From Bacillota bacterium (GTDB taxonomy: Bacteria; Bacillota; SHA-98; UBA4971), in assembly GCA_050949175.1 (NCBI GenBank), contig JBMNFG010000006.1, forward strand, positions 6,588-70,587: a DNA stretch of 64,000 nt, written 5' to 3'. Of this stretch, positions 39,228 to 49,410 are shown piece after piece. A program made the translations under genes and the position numbers. The notes beneath the pieces are model-generated. The model ran no database searches and was not told where the DNA came from. It saw nothing but the letters and a program-made list of their open reading frames with translations. Positions within the stretch are counted from its first letter, which is position 1. Every line of letters starts with the position of its first letter.

Positions 39228-39266
39228 CCCCTGCCCGGGCGTTGAACGGGCAGGGGTATTCTTTTG
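39228..39266 (+). terminator. Intrinsic terminator/attenuator hairpin (CCCCTGCCCG-loop-CGGGCAGGGG plus TATTCTTTTG) inside the mgtE 5' leader, about 80 nt before the start codon
   Basis: Perfect 10-bp GC-rich stem, 9-nt loop and U-tract. It lies between the promoter and mgtE, so transcription must read through it, implying riboswitch- or attenuator-type control. Confidence 0.6.
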
Positions 39267-39344
39267 CTAAGTAGGCGTACCCTTTGTTCCAGGGGAGGCA
39301 CATGATGGGACCTATGTCTAACTTGGAAGAAGGGAGGAACGTCC

Positions 39345-40691
39345 ATGCACAGCGAACTCACAACAACCGTCCGAAAACTTCTGCTTCAAAGAGACTACCT
39401 GGGAATCAAGAGAGCCCTCGAGAGAAATCACCCTTCAGACATTGCCAAAGTGCTTGAGGATTTACTGCCTGACGCTGCAGGGTTTGTCTTCCGTCTCCTT
39501 CCGAAGGACCTGGCGATTAAGGTTTTCGACTTCATGGATGTAGACAGTAAGCAGATGCTCCTTCGTTCGCTCAGCAGTGATATGGTAGCAACGATCTTAA
39601 ATGAGATGAGTGAGGACGACAGAACAGAGCTTTTTGAAGAGCTTCCCGCAAAAGTCGTAAAGCGATACTTGTCCCTGCTGTCAGCTGATCAACGTTGTGT
39701 TGCAGACATGCTGTTGGGGTACCCGGAAGATTCCGCCGGGAGGCTGATGACGACAGCATTCGTGGATCTCAAGGAGCAGATGACTGTCGATGAAGCCTTG
39801 GAGCATGTTCGAGCTACTGCCCCTGATAAGGAGACGATTTATCATCTTTATGTGATATCAAAGGACAGAAAGCTCATAGGGGGGCTTTCTCTAAGAGAGC
39901 TGATCCTTGCTCCGGGATCCGCTCTAATAAAAGACATAATGAATCCTGAGATAAAGAGCGTTTTTACTGAAACAGACCAGGAAGATGTAGCCAGGATATT
40001 TGAAGATTATGACCTTATTGCTCTTCCTGTTGTCGATAAAGAAAGGCGTCTGGTTGGGATTGTTACCCACGACGACATTTTAGACATTGTTAGGGAAGAG
40101 GACACGGAGGATATCCACTTGATGGGTGGTCTAGGTGCTCCTGAGGAAACCTATTTTAACTTGACTGTGTTTGGGGATGTCAAAAGACGGGGAGGATGGC
40201 TTGCGTTACTTGTTTTGCTGTCAAGCTTATCTAGTAATATTCTGAAGGCATACTCTGCATCGTTGGAAGCAGCGATAGCATTGGCGTTTTTTATGCCTAT
40301 GCTAATCGACACAGGGGGTAATGCAGGGACCCAATCATCAACTCTGATAACGCGCGGCCTTGCCACAGGTGAAATAGACAAAAGGCATGCGAGGACGATT
40401 TTGCTAAGAGAAATCACAACAGGCTTTATTCTAGGGGCAATCCTTGGGGGTTTTGCGTATTTAAGGGCTTATCTGATGCAAGGAGATACAATGATCGGAT
40501 TTGCAGTCGGTATCGCTTTGTTCGTTGTGCTCTTTATCGCAAATTTAGTCGGCGCATTGTTGCCAATGCTAGCCGTGAGGTTAAAGCTTGACCCTGCAGT
40601 AATGGCCGGGCCATTCCTCACAACTACGGTCGACGTGGTAGGTCTCATAGTCTATTTTGAAGTGGCCAAGGTGATAATGGGTTTGGGGTGA
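39345..40691 (+). CDS. mgtE: Magnesium transporter MgtE (MgtE-N domain, tandem CBS pair, 5-TM MgtE domain)
   Basis: MgtE N-domain, CBS pair (LIGGLSLRELILA..., VGIVTHDDILDIV) and C-terminal TM domain. RBS GGGAGG. Confidence 0.9.
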   Translation: MHSELTTTVRKLLLQRDYLGIKRALERNHPSDIAKVLEDLLPDAAGFVFRLLPKDLAIKVFDFMDVDSKQMLLRSLSSDMVATILNEMSEDDRTELFEELPAKVVKRYLSLLSADQRCVADMLLGYPEDSAGRLMTTAFVDLKEQMTVDEALEHVRATAPDKETIYHLYVISKDRKLIGGLSLRELILAPGSALIKDIMNPEIKSVFTETDQEDVARIFEDYDLIALPVVDKERRLVGIVTHDDILDIVREEDTEDIHLMGGLGAPEETYFNLTVFGDVKRRGGWLALLVLLSSLSSNILKAYSASLEAAIALAFFMPMLIDTGGNAGTQSSTLITRGLATGEIDKRHARTILLREITTGFILGAILGGFAYLRAYLMQGDTMIGFAVGIALFVVLFIANLVGALLPMLAVRLKLDPAVMAGPFLTTTVDVVGLIVYFEVAKVIMGLG

Positions 40692-40828
40692 CTTAGTGAA
40701 CACGCCTGTTTATGTATATGGAGGGAATACGTCAGCTTACGTGCACATAACATGTGGTAAGGAGCGGCATCTGTCAGAAATCGATGGGATGCATTTGTCA
40801 TAAGAATTCGAGATGAGGTGGCGGAAGG

Positions 40829-41791
40829 TTGATAATAACCAGGCGTAAGCTTTTCATAGCATTGCTACTATTCACGTGTATTGCAGTGGGAATGGGATTC
40901 GTCTTCGGACGTAGGATAGAACAACTAAGGAGATTTCCTCCGGCTTATGAAACTGAAGAGGCCTCTACGGGTGAAGTCGCTCCTGAAATTGCTGATATAC
41001 CTATTGCAGAGGAGAAGGAACCTCAAGATGTAGGGGTGGGACTTGCAGAAAAGCCTTCCGTCGATACTGAGGTTCGTGGCGAAGAGCTTGAAGAAGCCCG
41101 TGTTCCAGATGGAGCTCTTATTGAGGAGCCGGTCACTGAAAGGATTGCTGTGGTCCCGAAAGTCAAGATGCCCATCTTCTATGTTGACACTAAAGAGCCT
41201 GTTGTTGCACTGACTTTCGATATAAGCTGGGGTCAGCAGCAAGTCATGGGGGTTTTGGAGATCCTTCGCGAGAAGAACGTGAAGTCTACGTTCTTCTTAT
41301 CAGGCCCCTGGGCCAAGCGGTACCCCAATTTCGTGCAGGAGATAGCCAAAGCAGGGCATGACATAGCAAGCCACGGCGATGCTCACGTAGATTTGAGCAA
41401 CTACTCCAGGGAGGAGATAGAGAAAAACATCAGTACAGCCCATAAAGATCTTGTTGATACTGCAGGCAAGGTGTCTCCGTATTTTCGCCCTCCAAACGGG
41501 GATTATGATGATGTAGTGATAGATACGGCCAGGTCTTTGGGGTATGAGACAGTGATTTGGGCCGTAGATTCGCTGGACTGGAAGAATCCGGGGGTCGACT
41601 TTATGGTTGAACGGGTTCTCGGGCGGACTTTTCCCGGAGCTATCGTCCTTATGCATGCCAGCGATTCCAGCCAGCAGATACAAGATGCGCTTCCTCTGAT
41701 AATAGACGGATTGCGTGAAAAGGGCTACAGGCTAGTGCCTTTATCTGAGCTTATGACCATTGGAACGCCGGTAAGGTGGGACCCTAGGTAG
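40829..41791 (+). CDS. Polysaccharide deacetylase (NodB/CE4) with an N-terminal TM anchor and an acidic linker
   Basis: Motifs VALTFDISWG, HDIASHGDAH and RPPNGDYD. TTG start with RBS. Confidence 0.85.
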   Translation: MIITRRKLFIALLLFTCIAVGMGFVFGRRIEQLRRFPPAYETEEASTGEVAPEIADIPIAEEKEPQDVGVGLAEKPSVDTEVRGEELEEARVPDGALIEEPVTERIAVVPKVKMPIFYVDTKEPVVALTFDISWGQQQVMGVLEILREKNVKSTFFLSGPWAKRYPNFVQEIAKAGHDIASHGDAHVDLSNYSREEIEKNISTAHKDLVDTAGKVSPYFRPPNGDYDDVVIDTARSLGYETVIWAVDSLDWKNPGVDFMVERVLGRTFPGAIVLMHASDSSQQIQDALPLIIDGLREKGYRLVPLSELMTIGTPVRWDPR

Positions 41792-41839
41792 CAGCTGAGC
41801 ACGCGCAGTATGGTCTTGTCTATGTTGCCTGCTCATGTT

Positions 41840-42202
41840 TCAGTGCTGGATGTAACGGCATAGAAGCCCTATATGGCTTTTTGCAGCTGTTTCTTCAGGA
41901 GACGTTATGATCTTGTCCAGCCTGAAGTCGAATCTCCTGAAGCCTTTCGAAATGACAATGTTTTCAATGGTGGCTTCTGCGATTCTCTCCGGACGTTGCC
42001 CACCTACATATACTATTTCAGCTTTAGTTCCGGGCTTGATTTCACCGTTGTTTACGTCAACGAGGACTTCATAGGAGATCTCATTGGGCCTGTAGGCGAG
42101 ATGGTACATGCTTCCTGCGCCAAGGGCTCGTATGTTGTCTACGGTCCATTGGATTTTGACAGCCATCTGAAGTACCTTTTCCTCTCGCTCTTTATGCTCC
42201 AC
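41840..42202 (-). CDS. Hypothetical 120-aa protein (beta-rich, SAF/beta-barrel-like), no confident family
   Basis: ORF with upstream RBS. No recognisable motif. Confidence 0.3.
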   Translation of the reverse strand: MEHKEREEKVLQMAVKIQWTVDNIRALGAGSMYHLAYRPNEISYEVLVDVNNGEIKPGTKAEIVYVGGQRPERIAEATIENIVISKGFRRFDFRLDKIITSPEETAAKSHIGLLCRYIQH

Positions 42203-42434
42203 TTCCTATCCCTCGTATTCCAAGAGGCATCTCCCCATTGTGCAGCCTAGCAATGGGTCTCCCAAAGAGAGTATGTCTGCAATTGCCGGTGACAAGACTT
42301 GGTACATAGCGTTTCCCATATCACGATATGGGATTTCCTTTGTGTTTGTGAGAGATCACAACTCTTTCCTAGGAAAAGTACCATTGACATTTACTGATCA
42401 AGGTGATATAAAGGATACAGACATCTAATCACTT

Positions 42435-44049
42435 TTGGAGTCATCAGATGTCTTGTTAACGGGGGTTGTTATGTTGAGTAACCAACCCAGGAAGACCGCA
42501 GCAACAGTGATTGCTGGGAAGATTCAATCGTATATTCGAGAAAACGACCTAGGCGCAGGCAGCAAGCTACCGTCCATAGACGGGCTGTCTGAAATGTTTT
42601 CCGTATCCAAGGCGACAGTTCGAGAGGCTTTGCAGCAACTGGTAGCTGTCGGCATTATCGATATTCAACAGGGCAGCGGTACATATGTAACCGATTCCGC
42701 AGCAACCAATCTACACCGAACTCAATCCTGGCTTACATTTTGCAGCAATATGACTCCGGGAGAGATCAAAGAGGCCCGCATCATAGTGGAAGGAACGCTA
42801 ATAGAGTTAGCTGCCGGCCGGATCTCATTGGCCGAGATAAGAGGCTTGCGCGATTTGCTGAAGGGGATGGAAGCAAGCTTTAACAGGGCTGACTACGAAA
42901 GGTTTCTTGTTTTAGCGGAGCAATTCTGCCAGTGCATAGGCAAGGCTTCGGGAAATCGAATCCTTGCCGAACTGGTCACGGGTCTACGGAAATCTCCTAC
43001 ATTTGAAGTAGAAACCAAAGGGATAAGAGAGTTATGTGCTCACACCTTAAGGTATTATGAAGGAATCCACAATGCCTTTGTTTCCCGCGATACCGGCGCT
43101 GCGAGAAGGCTGGTTATTGAGTACAACAACGAATTGGAGCAACTTGAACCCCAGAGAGACGTTGTGATCTATTACGATGTTTTAGGAACGGGCTCTTTGG
43201 GAGGAACCTTTTACACCCTTGGGCAAGGTATCGCTAAGCTTGTCGGCGATCATACCGAGATCAGCCTGGACATAAACGTGACAGGCGGCGGTATTGAAAA
43301 CGTAAAGCTCGCTCAGGATCGGCGTATCGCCATCGGAATAACCCAGGCTGACGTAGCCCATGACGCTTATCACGGCGTGGGAAAGTTCGATTTTCCCCAC
43401 AGGAATCTGCGTGTTATAGGGTGCTTGCCGGGATTGGAACTTCAAATTTCTACATTAGCTTCATCGGGAATAGAGGGGTCTGTCAGAGCTCCGCGGCAGG
43501 AGGATTGCAGTGGGGGCCTATGGAGGTGCCACTGTGGATGTTGCCCGATCTGTCCTCGAGTATTCCGGGCTTAAGTGGGAAAGGGATTATGATCCGAAGA
43601 TTGTCGCTTTTTCAACTGCAGTTGACATGCTGCGTAATGGGCTTGTGGATGCAGTCTTTTATCTCTCCATCGGTCAAAGCCCTGCGTTGCTTGATTTAGC
43701 GTTGGAACAACAGATTAGGCTTATAGGCTTAGATAGTTCCCTCATAGCTTCATTGGAATCCAGCAACTCCTACTGGTACAAGACGACTATTGAAGCCAAT
43801 ACTTACCCACACCAGAATAGGCCTGTAGAAACAATAGGTATTCCCACCATTTTGGTGACACATAAAGACTTGCCTGAATCAGATGTTTACTCGATAGCCT
43901 CTTCAGTTTTCACTCATACAGAGGAGATCGAGCGTTTGGTATGGCCTCCCCGTCCTTTCAGCTTGCACTATGAGATAAGAAAAGTGGGAGTCCCATACCA
44001 TCCTGGTGCAGTTGAGTTCTTTTCCGAATACAAAATTGCTGTGGAATGA
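42435..44049 (+). pseudogene. GntR-family (FadR/FCD subfamily) regulator fused to a signal-peptide-less TAXI-type TRAP solute-binding domain, interrupted by a +1 frameshift at a G4 run (43475-43478)
   Basis: ORF 42435-43574 contains GntR HTH, an FCD domain and the first roughly 110 aa of a TAXI domain (VVIYYDVLGTGSLGGTFYTLGQGIAKLV... is similar to the TAXI binding protein at 51543), then nonsense. ORF 43510-44049 carries the rest of the TAXI domain (sELRGRRIAVGAyGGATVDVARSVLEYSGL versus aDLKGKKVSVGApGSGTEANARQLLETYGL in the paralogue). Confidence 0.65.
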
Positions 44050-44064
44050 AATGAGGTATATGCA

Positions 44065-44883
44065 TTGAACTTTGGGATGTCAACAAACTGCTTTAGAGGA
44101 TGTTCAGCACAGGATTTAGCAAGGATTTGTCAAGGAGCCGGGATACCGTCACTGGAGATATGGGATGATGATGGCTATTTTGTGGAGACTACACTGTCTT
44201 CTGAAGAACTTGCCCGTATATTCAGAGATGCAGGATTGAGCATATCTTCTGTCCATACTCCTTTCAGCAATTGGTCAGAGCTGGCCCTGGACACATATTT
44301 CGACAGGTTCAAGCAATCGTGTGAAAAGGCGTGTGTGTTTAATGCCAGGTACATAGTGATTCATCCTATAGCATTTTCGTCTGAACGAAAGCTTGACAGA
44401 GTCAGTGTGCATACTTCGATGCCCAGATCACTGGAGGTTTGGCGCGGTTTAGCAGAGATTGCTCTGGAGTTTGGGCTTGAAGCTGCCTTTGAAAACCTTC
44501 CCCGAGGGGCTCTATGGCCTTCCGGATGTTCATTAGAGACGGTTGCGGAAATCGTTCAAGGGATAGATCTGGAAAATGTCGGGGTATGTGTGGATTTCTC
44601 ACACTGCTTCGCACTGGGGGATGATATTGTCGCCGGCTTGCGGAAGCATAATTTCTTACGCATCATCGGCATACATGCTTCAGACGGAATCTATGCAGAC
44701 TTAGCGGATCAGCATTTGATTCCGGGAGAAGGAGAGCTGGATTGGGTCGATGCTTTTCGCGCACTTCGGGAGAATGGTTTCGCCGGTGATATTGTACTTG
44801 AAGCTAAAGGCTTGTCAGATGAGCCTACGGAACTTCAGGGAGTATTCAGATTCATTATAGATGCACGGAACAGTTCGACATGA
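44065..44883 (+). CDS. Sugar-phosphate isomerase/epimerase (xylose-isomerase-like TIM barrel; AP-endonuclease-2 fold)
   Basis: TIM-barrel family pattern with the conserved acidic/His metal ligands (...HPIAFSS..., ...FENLP..., ...DFSHCF...). The start may be the ATG at 44077. Confidence 0.6.
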   Translation: MNFGMSTNCFRGCSAQDLARICQGAGIPSLEIWDDDGYFVETTLSSEELARIFRDAGLSISSVHTPFSNWSELALDTYFDRFKQSCEKACVFNARYIVIHPIAFSSERKLDRVSVHTSMPRSLEVWRGLAEIALEFGLEAAFENLPRGALWPSGCSLETVAEIVQGIDLENVGVCVDFSHCFALGDDIVAGLRKHNFLRIIGIHASDGIYADLADQHLIPGEGELDWVDAFRALRENGFAGDIVLEAKGLSDEPTELQGVFRFIIDARNSST

Positions 44884-44993
44884 ACCTTGAAGGGGGGCTG
44901 GTAAGCAATTAGGAGAAAGGTTAACAGTAGGCGTTTGATTTACTGCGAAGTCTCGTTGTTATACGGGAACTATGAGCAAAAGGAGGAACTAAT

Positions 44994-45983
44994 ATGAGAA
45001 TCAAACTCAGTTCCATGATTGCTTTGGTCTTAACAGTAGCTATGCTTTTGGTGTCCAGTGTAGGTTTTGCAGCCAATGACAAAATCGTACTTAAGTTCGG
45101 TCATGTGCAACCGACTACGCACGCGTATCACCTAATGGCAGTTAAGTTTAAAGAGGAAGTTGAAAAACGTGCACCCAATGTTGAAGTGCAGATATTCCCA
45201 GCCAGTCAGTTAGGTAATGAACGAGATTTAGTCGAAGGGCTTCAAATCGGTACGGTAGATATTTCAACGATTACATCAGCAATCACAGCAAACTTTGTAC
45301 CCGGTTTTAAGGTATTCAGCCTGCCTTTCTTGTTCAGGGATTTCGATCACATGTTCACGGTAATGGACAGCGAGTTGGGAGATGAATTGGCAGCTGAGAT
45401 GGAAAAGAAAGGCCTAATAAAACTGGGATTCGTCAGCGGTGGCTCGCGTAGCGTTTATTCGAGAATGCCCATTGAGACCCTTGATGATCTTAAGGGCAAG
45501 AAGATCCGTGTTATGGAGGACCCAATCTACGTCGATACGTGGAATGCGCTAGGCGCATTGGCCACTCCTATGGTTTGGGGAGACGTATATCTCGCGCTCC
45601 AGCAGGGTATTATCGACGGCGCCGAAGGAGCAATGATCAGCTACGATTCCATGGCTTTTTACGGCCCGTCACCTTACGTTAATGAAATCGAGTATATTTT
45701 CAGCTGGCACAATTTCATGATGTCGAAGCGAACATGGGACAAGCTTCCTGAAGACATCCGCGAGGTGATCCTGGAAGCCGGACGTGTGGCGCAGGAGTAC
45801 GAGCGTGAATACGTAAAGAGCTTTGAGAAGGATCTCATGGAGAAACTACAGCGGGAGAATGGCGTCACCGTGTTTAGAGCTCCTGACATTGACAAGTGGC
45901 GTGCTGCAGTAAGGCCCATTTATGAGGAGCGGGCAGACGATGTTGGTGGTATGGAGCTAATCGAGAGAATTCTCAACATGTAG
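44994..45983 (+). CDS. dctP: TRAP transporter substrate-binding protein (DctP family)
   Basis: Signal peptide. DctP-family blocks (FGHVQPTTHAYH..., KIRVMEDPIYVDTWNALGA...). Strong RBS AAAGGAGG. Confidence 0.85.
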   Translation: MRIKLSSMIALVLTVAMLLVSSVGFAANDKIVLKFGHVQPTTHAYHLMAVKFKEEVEKRAPNVEVQIFPASQLGNERDLVEGLQIGTVDISTITSAITANFVPGFKVFSLPFLFRDFDHMFTVMDSELGDELAAEMEKKGLIKLGFVSGGSRSVYSRMPIETLDDLKGKKIRVMEDPIYVDTWNALGALATPMVWGDVYLALQQGIIDGAEGAMISYDSMAFYGPSPYVNEIEYIFSWHNFMMSKRTWDKLPEDIREVILEAGRVAQEYEREYVKSFEKDLMEKLQRENGVTVFRAPDIDKWRAAVRPIYEERADDVGGMELIERILNM

Positions 45984-46002
45984 TGATGGCGGTCTGAAAT
46001 GT

Positions 46003-46548
46003 ATGACGACTTGGGAGGGGGCATCCCCTCCCACTTTCTCAGAAAGTGTGGTGAGTTTTGTGAGCACATTGGAAAATGCAAAAAACATTATAGTCAAATG
46101 TGTGCTTGCCATTGCCGGCATTTTTATGGCTGTCCTATTGACAAGCGTTTTCATGCAGGTTGTGTTCAGATATGTCTTGCGACGACCTCTTAGCTGGTCA
46201 GAAGAACTGGCAAGATATACTTTTGTTTGGATTTCGCTGCTTGGGGCAGCTGCTGTAATTCCGAAAAGCTTAACTCAGGGCATTGATCTTTTGGTCAAAC
46301 AATTGCCGGAATCAGTGCAAATGGTTGTCGGTGTTATAACCAGGCTATTGATGGCTGTCTTTTGTGCAATACTGGCGTTTAAGGGGTATGAGCTGACAGG
46401 AATCGTGCATATGCAGACATCTGCAGCTATGAGCTTGCCTATGAGTTATGTATATTTTGCAGTGCCGGTATCAGCGGTTTTAATGATTGTGATTCTGTTC
46501 TTGGATTCTGTCATAACTTACAGGAATGCTTCCAGCCAGAATCTGTGA
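46003..46548 (+). CDS. dctQ: TRAP transporter small permease (DctQ)
   Basis: 4-TM small subunit between dctP and dctM. The true start is probably downstream of the track's start. Confidence 0.75.
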   Translation: MTTWEGASPPTFSESVVSFVSTLENAKNIIVKCVLAIAGIFMAVLLTSVFMQVVFRYVLRRPLSWSEELARYTFVWISLLGAAAVIPKSLTQGIDLLVKQLPESVQMVVGVITRLLMAVFCAILAFKGYELTGIVHMQTSAAMSLPMSYVYFAVPVSAVLMIVILFLDSVITYRNASSQNL

Positions 46549-47851
46549 AAGGAGTTTACCCGGAATGCAATTGTCTAGCATAACAGTTTTATTCGGTTCA
46601 TTCTTCATACTGTTGCTATTGAACATACCGGTCCCGTACGTTCTTGGACTTAGTTCAGTGATAACGCTTCTGTGGCGGGGAGGACTCGACTTGATGTTGA
46701 TTCCTCAGAGAATCGTTCCTGCTATAGACTCGTTTGCGCTTCTAGCCATCCCTCTGTATATCTTGGCAGGAGAGGTCATCGGGTATGGGTCCGGTAAACG
46801 GTTGATTCGTTTTGCGGATGAATTGATCGGGCATATTACAGGTGGATTGGCTCACGCCAATATCTTGGCAAGTGTGTTCTTCGGAGGGATTTCAGGATCC
46901 GCTTCAGCGGACACAGCAGCGATCGGCTCGATAATGATTCCGCAGATGGAGGAGGCGGGTTATGACAGAGCCTTTGCAACTGCTGTGACAATCACCTCTT
47001 CACCTCTGGCGACGATAATTCCGCCCAGTATTACTATGGTCCTTTATTCATGGATGACCGGTGTTCCGGTTTCAGAAGTGTTTGTTGCAGGGTTCATTCC
47101 AGGCCTTCTCATGGCATTCGGCTTGATGGTTATTTCTTATTGGGCTTCAAAGAAATATGGATACGGATACAGACGAAGGTTTGATTTCCGCAGGCTCGTC
47201 AAAACGTTTGTTGAATCTATCCCTGCCCTCGTCATGCCCCTTATTATTCTCGGTGGCATTTTTTCAGGGATCTTTACTGCCACAGAAGCCGGAGCGGTTG
47301 CTGTTGTCTATGGCCTCATCATTGGGCTGTTTGTTTATAAAGAAATAAAGCTCAGTGATTTGCCGCGCATTTTCATGAATACCTGTGCCACGACAGGTGG
47401 AGTAATGCTACTGCTGTCATTAACAGCAGCCTTTGGATGGGTAATGACTGCAGAGCAGATTCCTTTGCAGCTAACACAGTTCTTCATGTCTTTCACACCT
47501 AATGGTACAGTATTCTTGTTGGTGGTCATTGTAATAGCATTGATTGTCGGATGCTTCCTTACGCCCACTGCTGCTTTGGCAATTATGGTGCCGATTCTGA
47601 CTCCGATTGCTCAGGGTTTCGGCATAAATCTCCTCCACTTTGGTTTGGTACTATTACCTGCGCTGTCCCTTGGACACTTTACACCACCGGTTGGCCTGTG
47701 TTTATACATCGGTTCAAGCATCAGCGGTATTCCTATAGCTAAGCTTACCAGGCCGGTGCTGCCGTTCCTATTGGCAATGGTTACGGTATGTGTGTTGTTG
47801 GCGGTTTTCCCGCAGATATCGCTATTCTTGCCTCGGTTGTTCTTTGGATAG
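46526..47851 (+). CDS. dctM: TRAP transporter large permease (DctM)
   Basis: 441 aa, 12-TM DctM-family protein. Translationally coupled to dctQ. Confidence 0.85.
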   Translation: MLPARICERSLPGMQLSSITVLFGSFFILLLLNIPVPYVLGLSSVITLLWRGGLDLMLIPQRIVPAIDSFALLAIPLYILAGEVIGYGSGKRLIRFADELIGHITGGLAHANILASVFFGGISGSASADTAAIGSIMIPQMEEAGYDRAFATAVTITSSPLATIIPPSITMVLYSWMTGVPVSEVFVAGFIPGLLMAFGLMVISYWASKKYGYGYRRRFDFRRLVKTFVESIPALVMPLIILGGIFSGIFTATEAGAVAVVYGLIIGLFVYKEIKLSDLPRIFMNTCATTGGVMLLLSLTAAFGWVMTAEQIPLQLTQFFMSFTPNGTVFLLVVIVIALIVGCFLTPTAALAIMVPILTPIAQGFGINLLHFGLVLLPALSLGHFTPPVGLCLYIGSSISGIPIAKLTRPVLPFLLAMVTVCVLLAVFPQISLFLPRLFFG

Positions 47852-47978
47852 TGCATTTGGAATCGCTATGATGCCTTAGGTTTTGCGTGGCGCACCTTAG
47901 TTGTACACAGGTTTACCCGGGTTAAACTTGTACTCACGGATTGTGTGTTTGATACTATAGCTCATCCCCAACTTTGTT

Positions 47979-48021
47979 GCCCCGGAAAAAAGGATTATCC
48001 GGGGCTGAGTTTTATTGTTCG
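47979..48021 (+). terminator. Intrinsic terminator after the TRAP operon (GCCCCGG-loop-CCGGGGC plus TGAGTTTTATTGTT)
   Basis: 7-bp GC stem, 13-nt loop and T-rich tail. Confidence 0.5.
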
Positions 48022-48150
48022 CTCGGATGTTGTCCAGTGATTATCCAGCTTGAAGCGGACGTGGCAACGTACTGCAAAGATATGTTATGATACTTATATA
48101 GTCTGTGTGAGCTTTGGCTGTCCGGGAAGAGCTGAAGGAAACCGGAGATC

Positions 48151-48882
48151 GTGGGAGGCAGGAGAGACGTGATAACGCTAAAGGATATCAAGGCAAATCC
48201 TACGTTTCAGACGTTGATTCGTAGGACTAATGAATACTTATCTATGCTGGGTTATACAGAACACGGTTTGCGGCATGTAACATATGTTTCTACCATGACC
48301 GCATATATCTTGGAAACGTTGGGGCATGACAAGCGTACGGTTGAATTAGGTGCAATAGCAGGGTATTTGCATGACATTGGCAATATGCATAATCGTAAGC
48401 ACCACGGGCCCACAGGCGCAAACATCGTCTATTATGAACTTCGCAGGATTGGAATGCCTCTGGAGGAAATCTGTGATATAACCATCGCCATTGCCAATCA
48501 TGAAGAGGAGATCGGTGTCCCCGTAACTCCGATTACAGCGGCACTGGTAATCGCTGATAAGAGTGATGCCCACAGAACGAGAGTAGGCAGGGTGCCCTGT
48601 GTTGATATACATGACAGAGTCAACCACGCAATCACCGATACTTCTCTCGTAGTAAACCGTGATGATTGCAGCATTACGCTTGAGCTGGCATTCGATACCG
48701 GGGAATGCCAGATAATGGATTATTTCACGATCTATCTGACAAGGATGGAAATGTGTCAACAAGCTGCAGCTCTATTAGGGTGTACGTTCAGACTCATCAT
48801 AAACGGGCTCGAGCTTATCGGGGACAGTGCCTGTGCTCCGGAGCTAAGGCCTGCGGCCGGTGAAGGATGCCCCATTCAGTAG
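48151..48882 (+). CDS. HD-domain metal-dependent phosphohydrolase
   Basis: H...HD motif (GLRHVTYVST...AGYLHDIGN) with downstream His/Asp ligands. Confidence 0.65.
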   Translation: MGGRRDVITLKDIKANPTFQTLIRRTNEYLSMLGYTEHGLRHVTYVSTMTAYILETLGHDKRTVELGAIAGYLHDIGNMHNRKHHGPTGANIVYYELRRIGMPLEEICDITIAIANHEEEIGVPVTPITAALVIADKSDAHRTRVGRVPCVDIHDRVNHAITDTSLVVNRDDCSITLELAFDTGECQIMDYFTIYLTRMEMCQQAAALLGCTFRLIINGLELIGDSACAPELRPAAGEGCPIQ

Positions 48883-49404
48883 GTACCGGACGACATAGCC
48901 TGCAGTCAAGCCTACGAAGAATCCTGTAGCAACTCCTGCAATCAGCAGGGCAGGGAGATAATAGAATATTCCACTGGTTTTCAGGACGAACCATGCGACA
49001 AGAAGCTGGCCGATGTTATGAGCCACTGCTCCCAGTATGCTTATGCCTGTAAACCCCAGGAGATGGCTGAGTTGTGTGTACGCCAGAGACATTACCAGTG
49101 TAGCGAAGATTCCTCCTACAATGCTAAAAGCGAAGCCGGTGAGCCTGCCTGACAGCAGAGAAGCGATGAGTGTCCTTAGGGCAACTACGACCAGAGCGTC
49201 GTAAGGGCCTCCCAGGACTATGGCTATTAGGGTTATGATGTTGGCGAGCCCAAGCTTAGCACCTGGAACAGGTAAAGCTGCAGGTATCATGCTTTCGACT
49301 GCATGGAGGATTAGAGCTACAGCCACAAGAAGCGCAAGCCTTGTCATCCTTCTGGTTTTCAATGCTATGTCGCAGGCTTTCAGTGTATTCAACTCCTGTT
49401 TCAA
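48844..49404 (-). CDS. Gx-transporter family membrane protein (heptaprenyl-diphosphate-synthase-component-I-like, PF07456)
   Basis: About 5 TM helices with conserved Gly-rich helices. Immediately downstream of a NusG-domain-II gene, a recurrent gene pair. Confidence 0.55.
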   Translation of the reverse strand: MKQELNTLKACDIALKTRRMTRLALLVAVALILHAVESMIPAALPVPGAKLGLANIITLIAIVLGGPYDALVVVALRTLIASLLSGRLTGFAFSIVGGIFATLVMSLAYTQLSHLLGFTGISILGAVAHNIGQLLVAWFVLKTSGIFYYLPALLIAGVATGFFVGLTAGYVVRYLLNGASFTGRRP

Positions 49405-49410
49405 AACACA

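Noticed and set aside
38986-39344. Calling the mgtE leader an M-box (ykoK) riboswitch
   Set aside because: The conserved M-box sequence blocks could not be recognised by eye. Only the generic promoter-leader-terminator layout is supported, so it is reported as an unassigned candidate.
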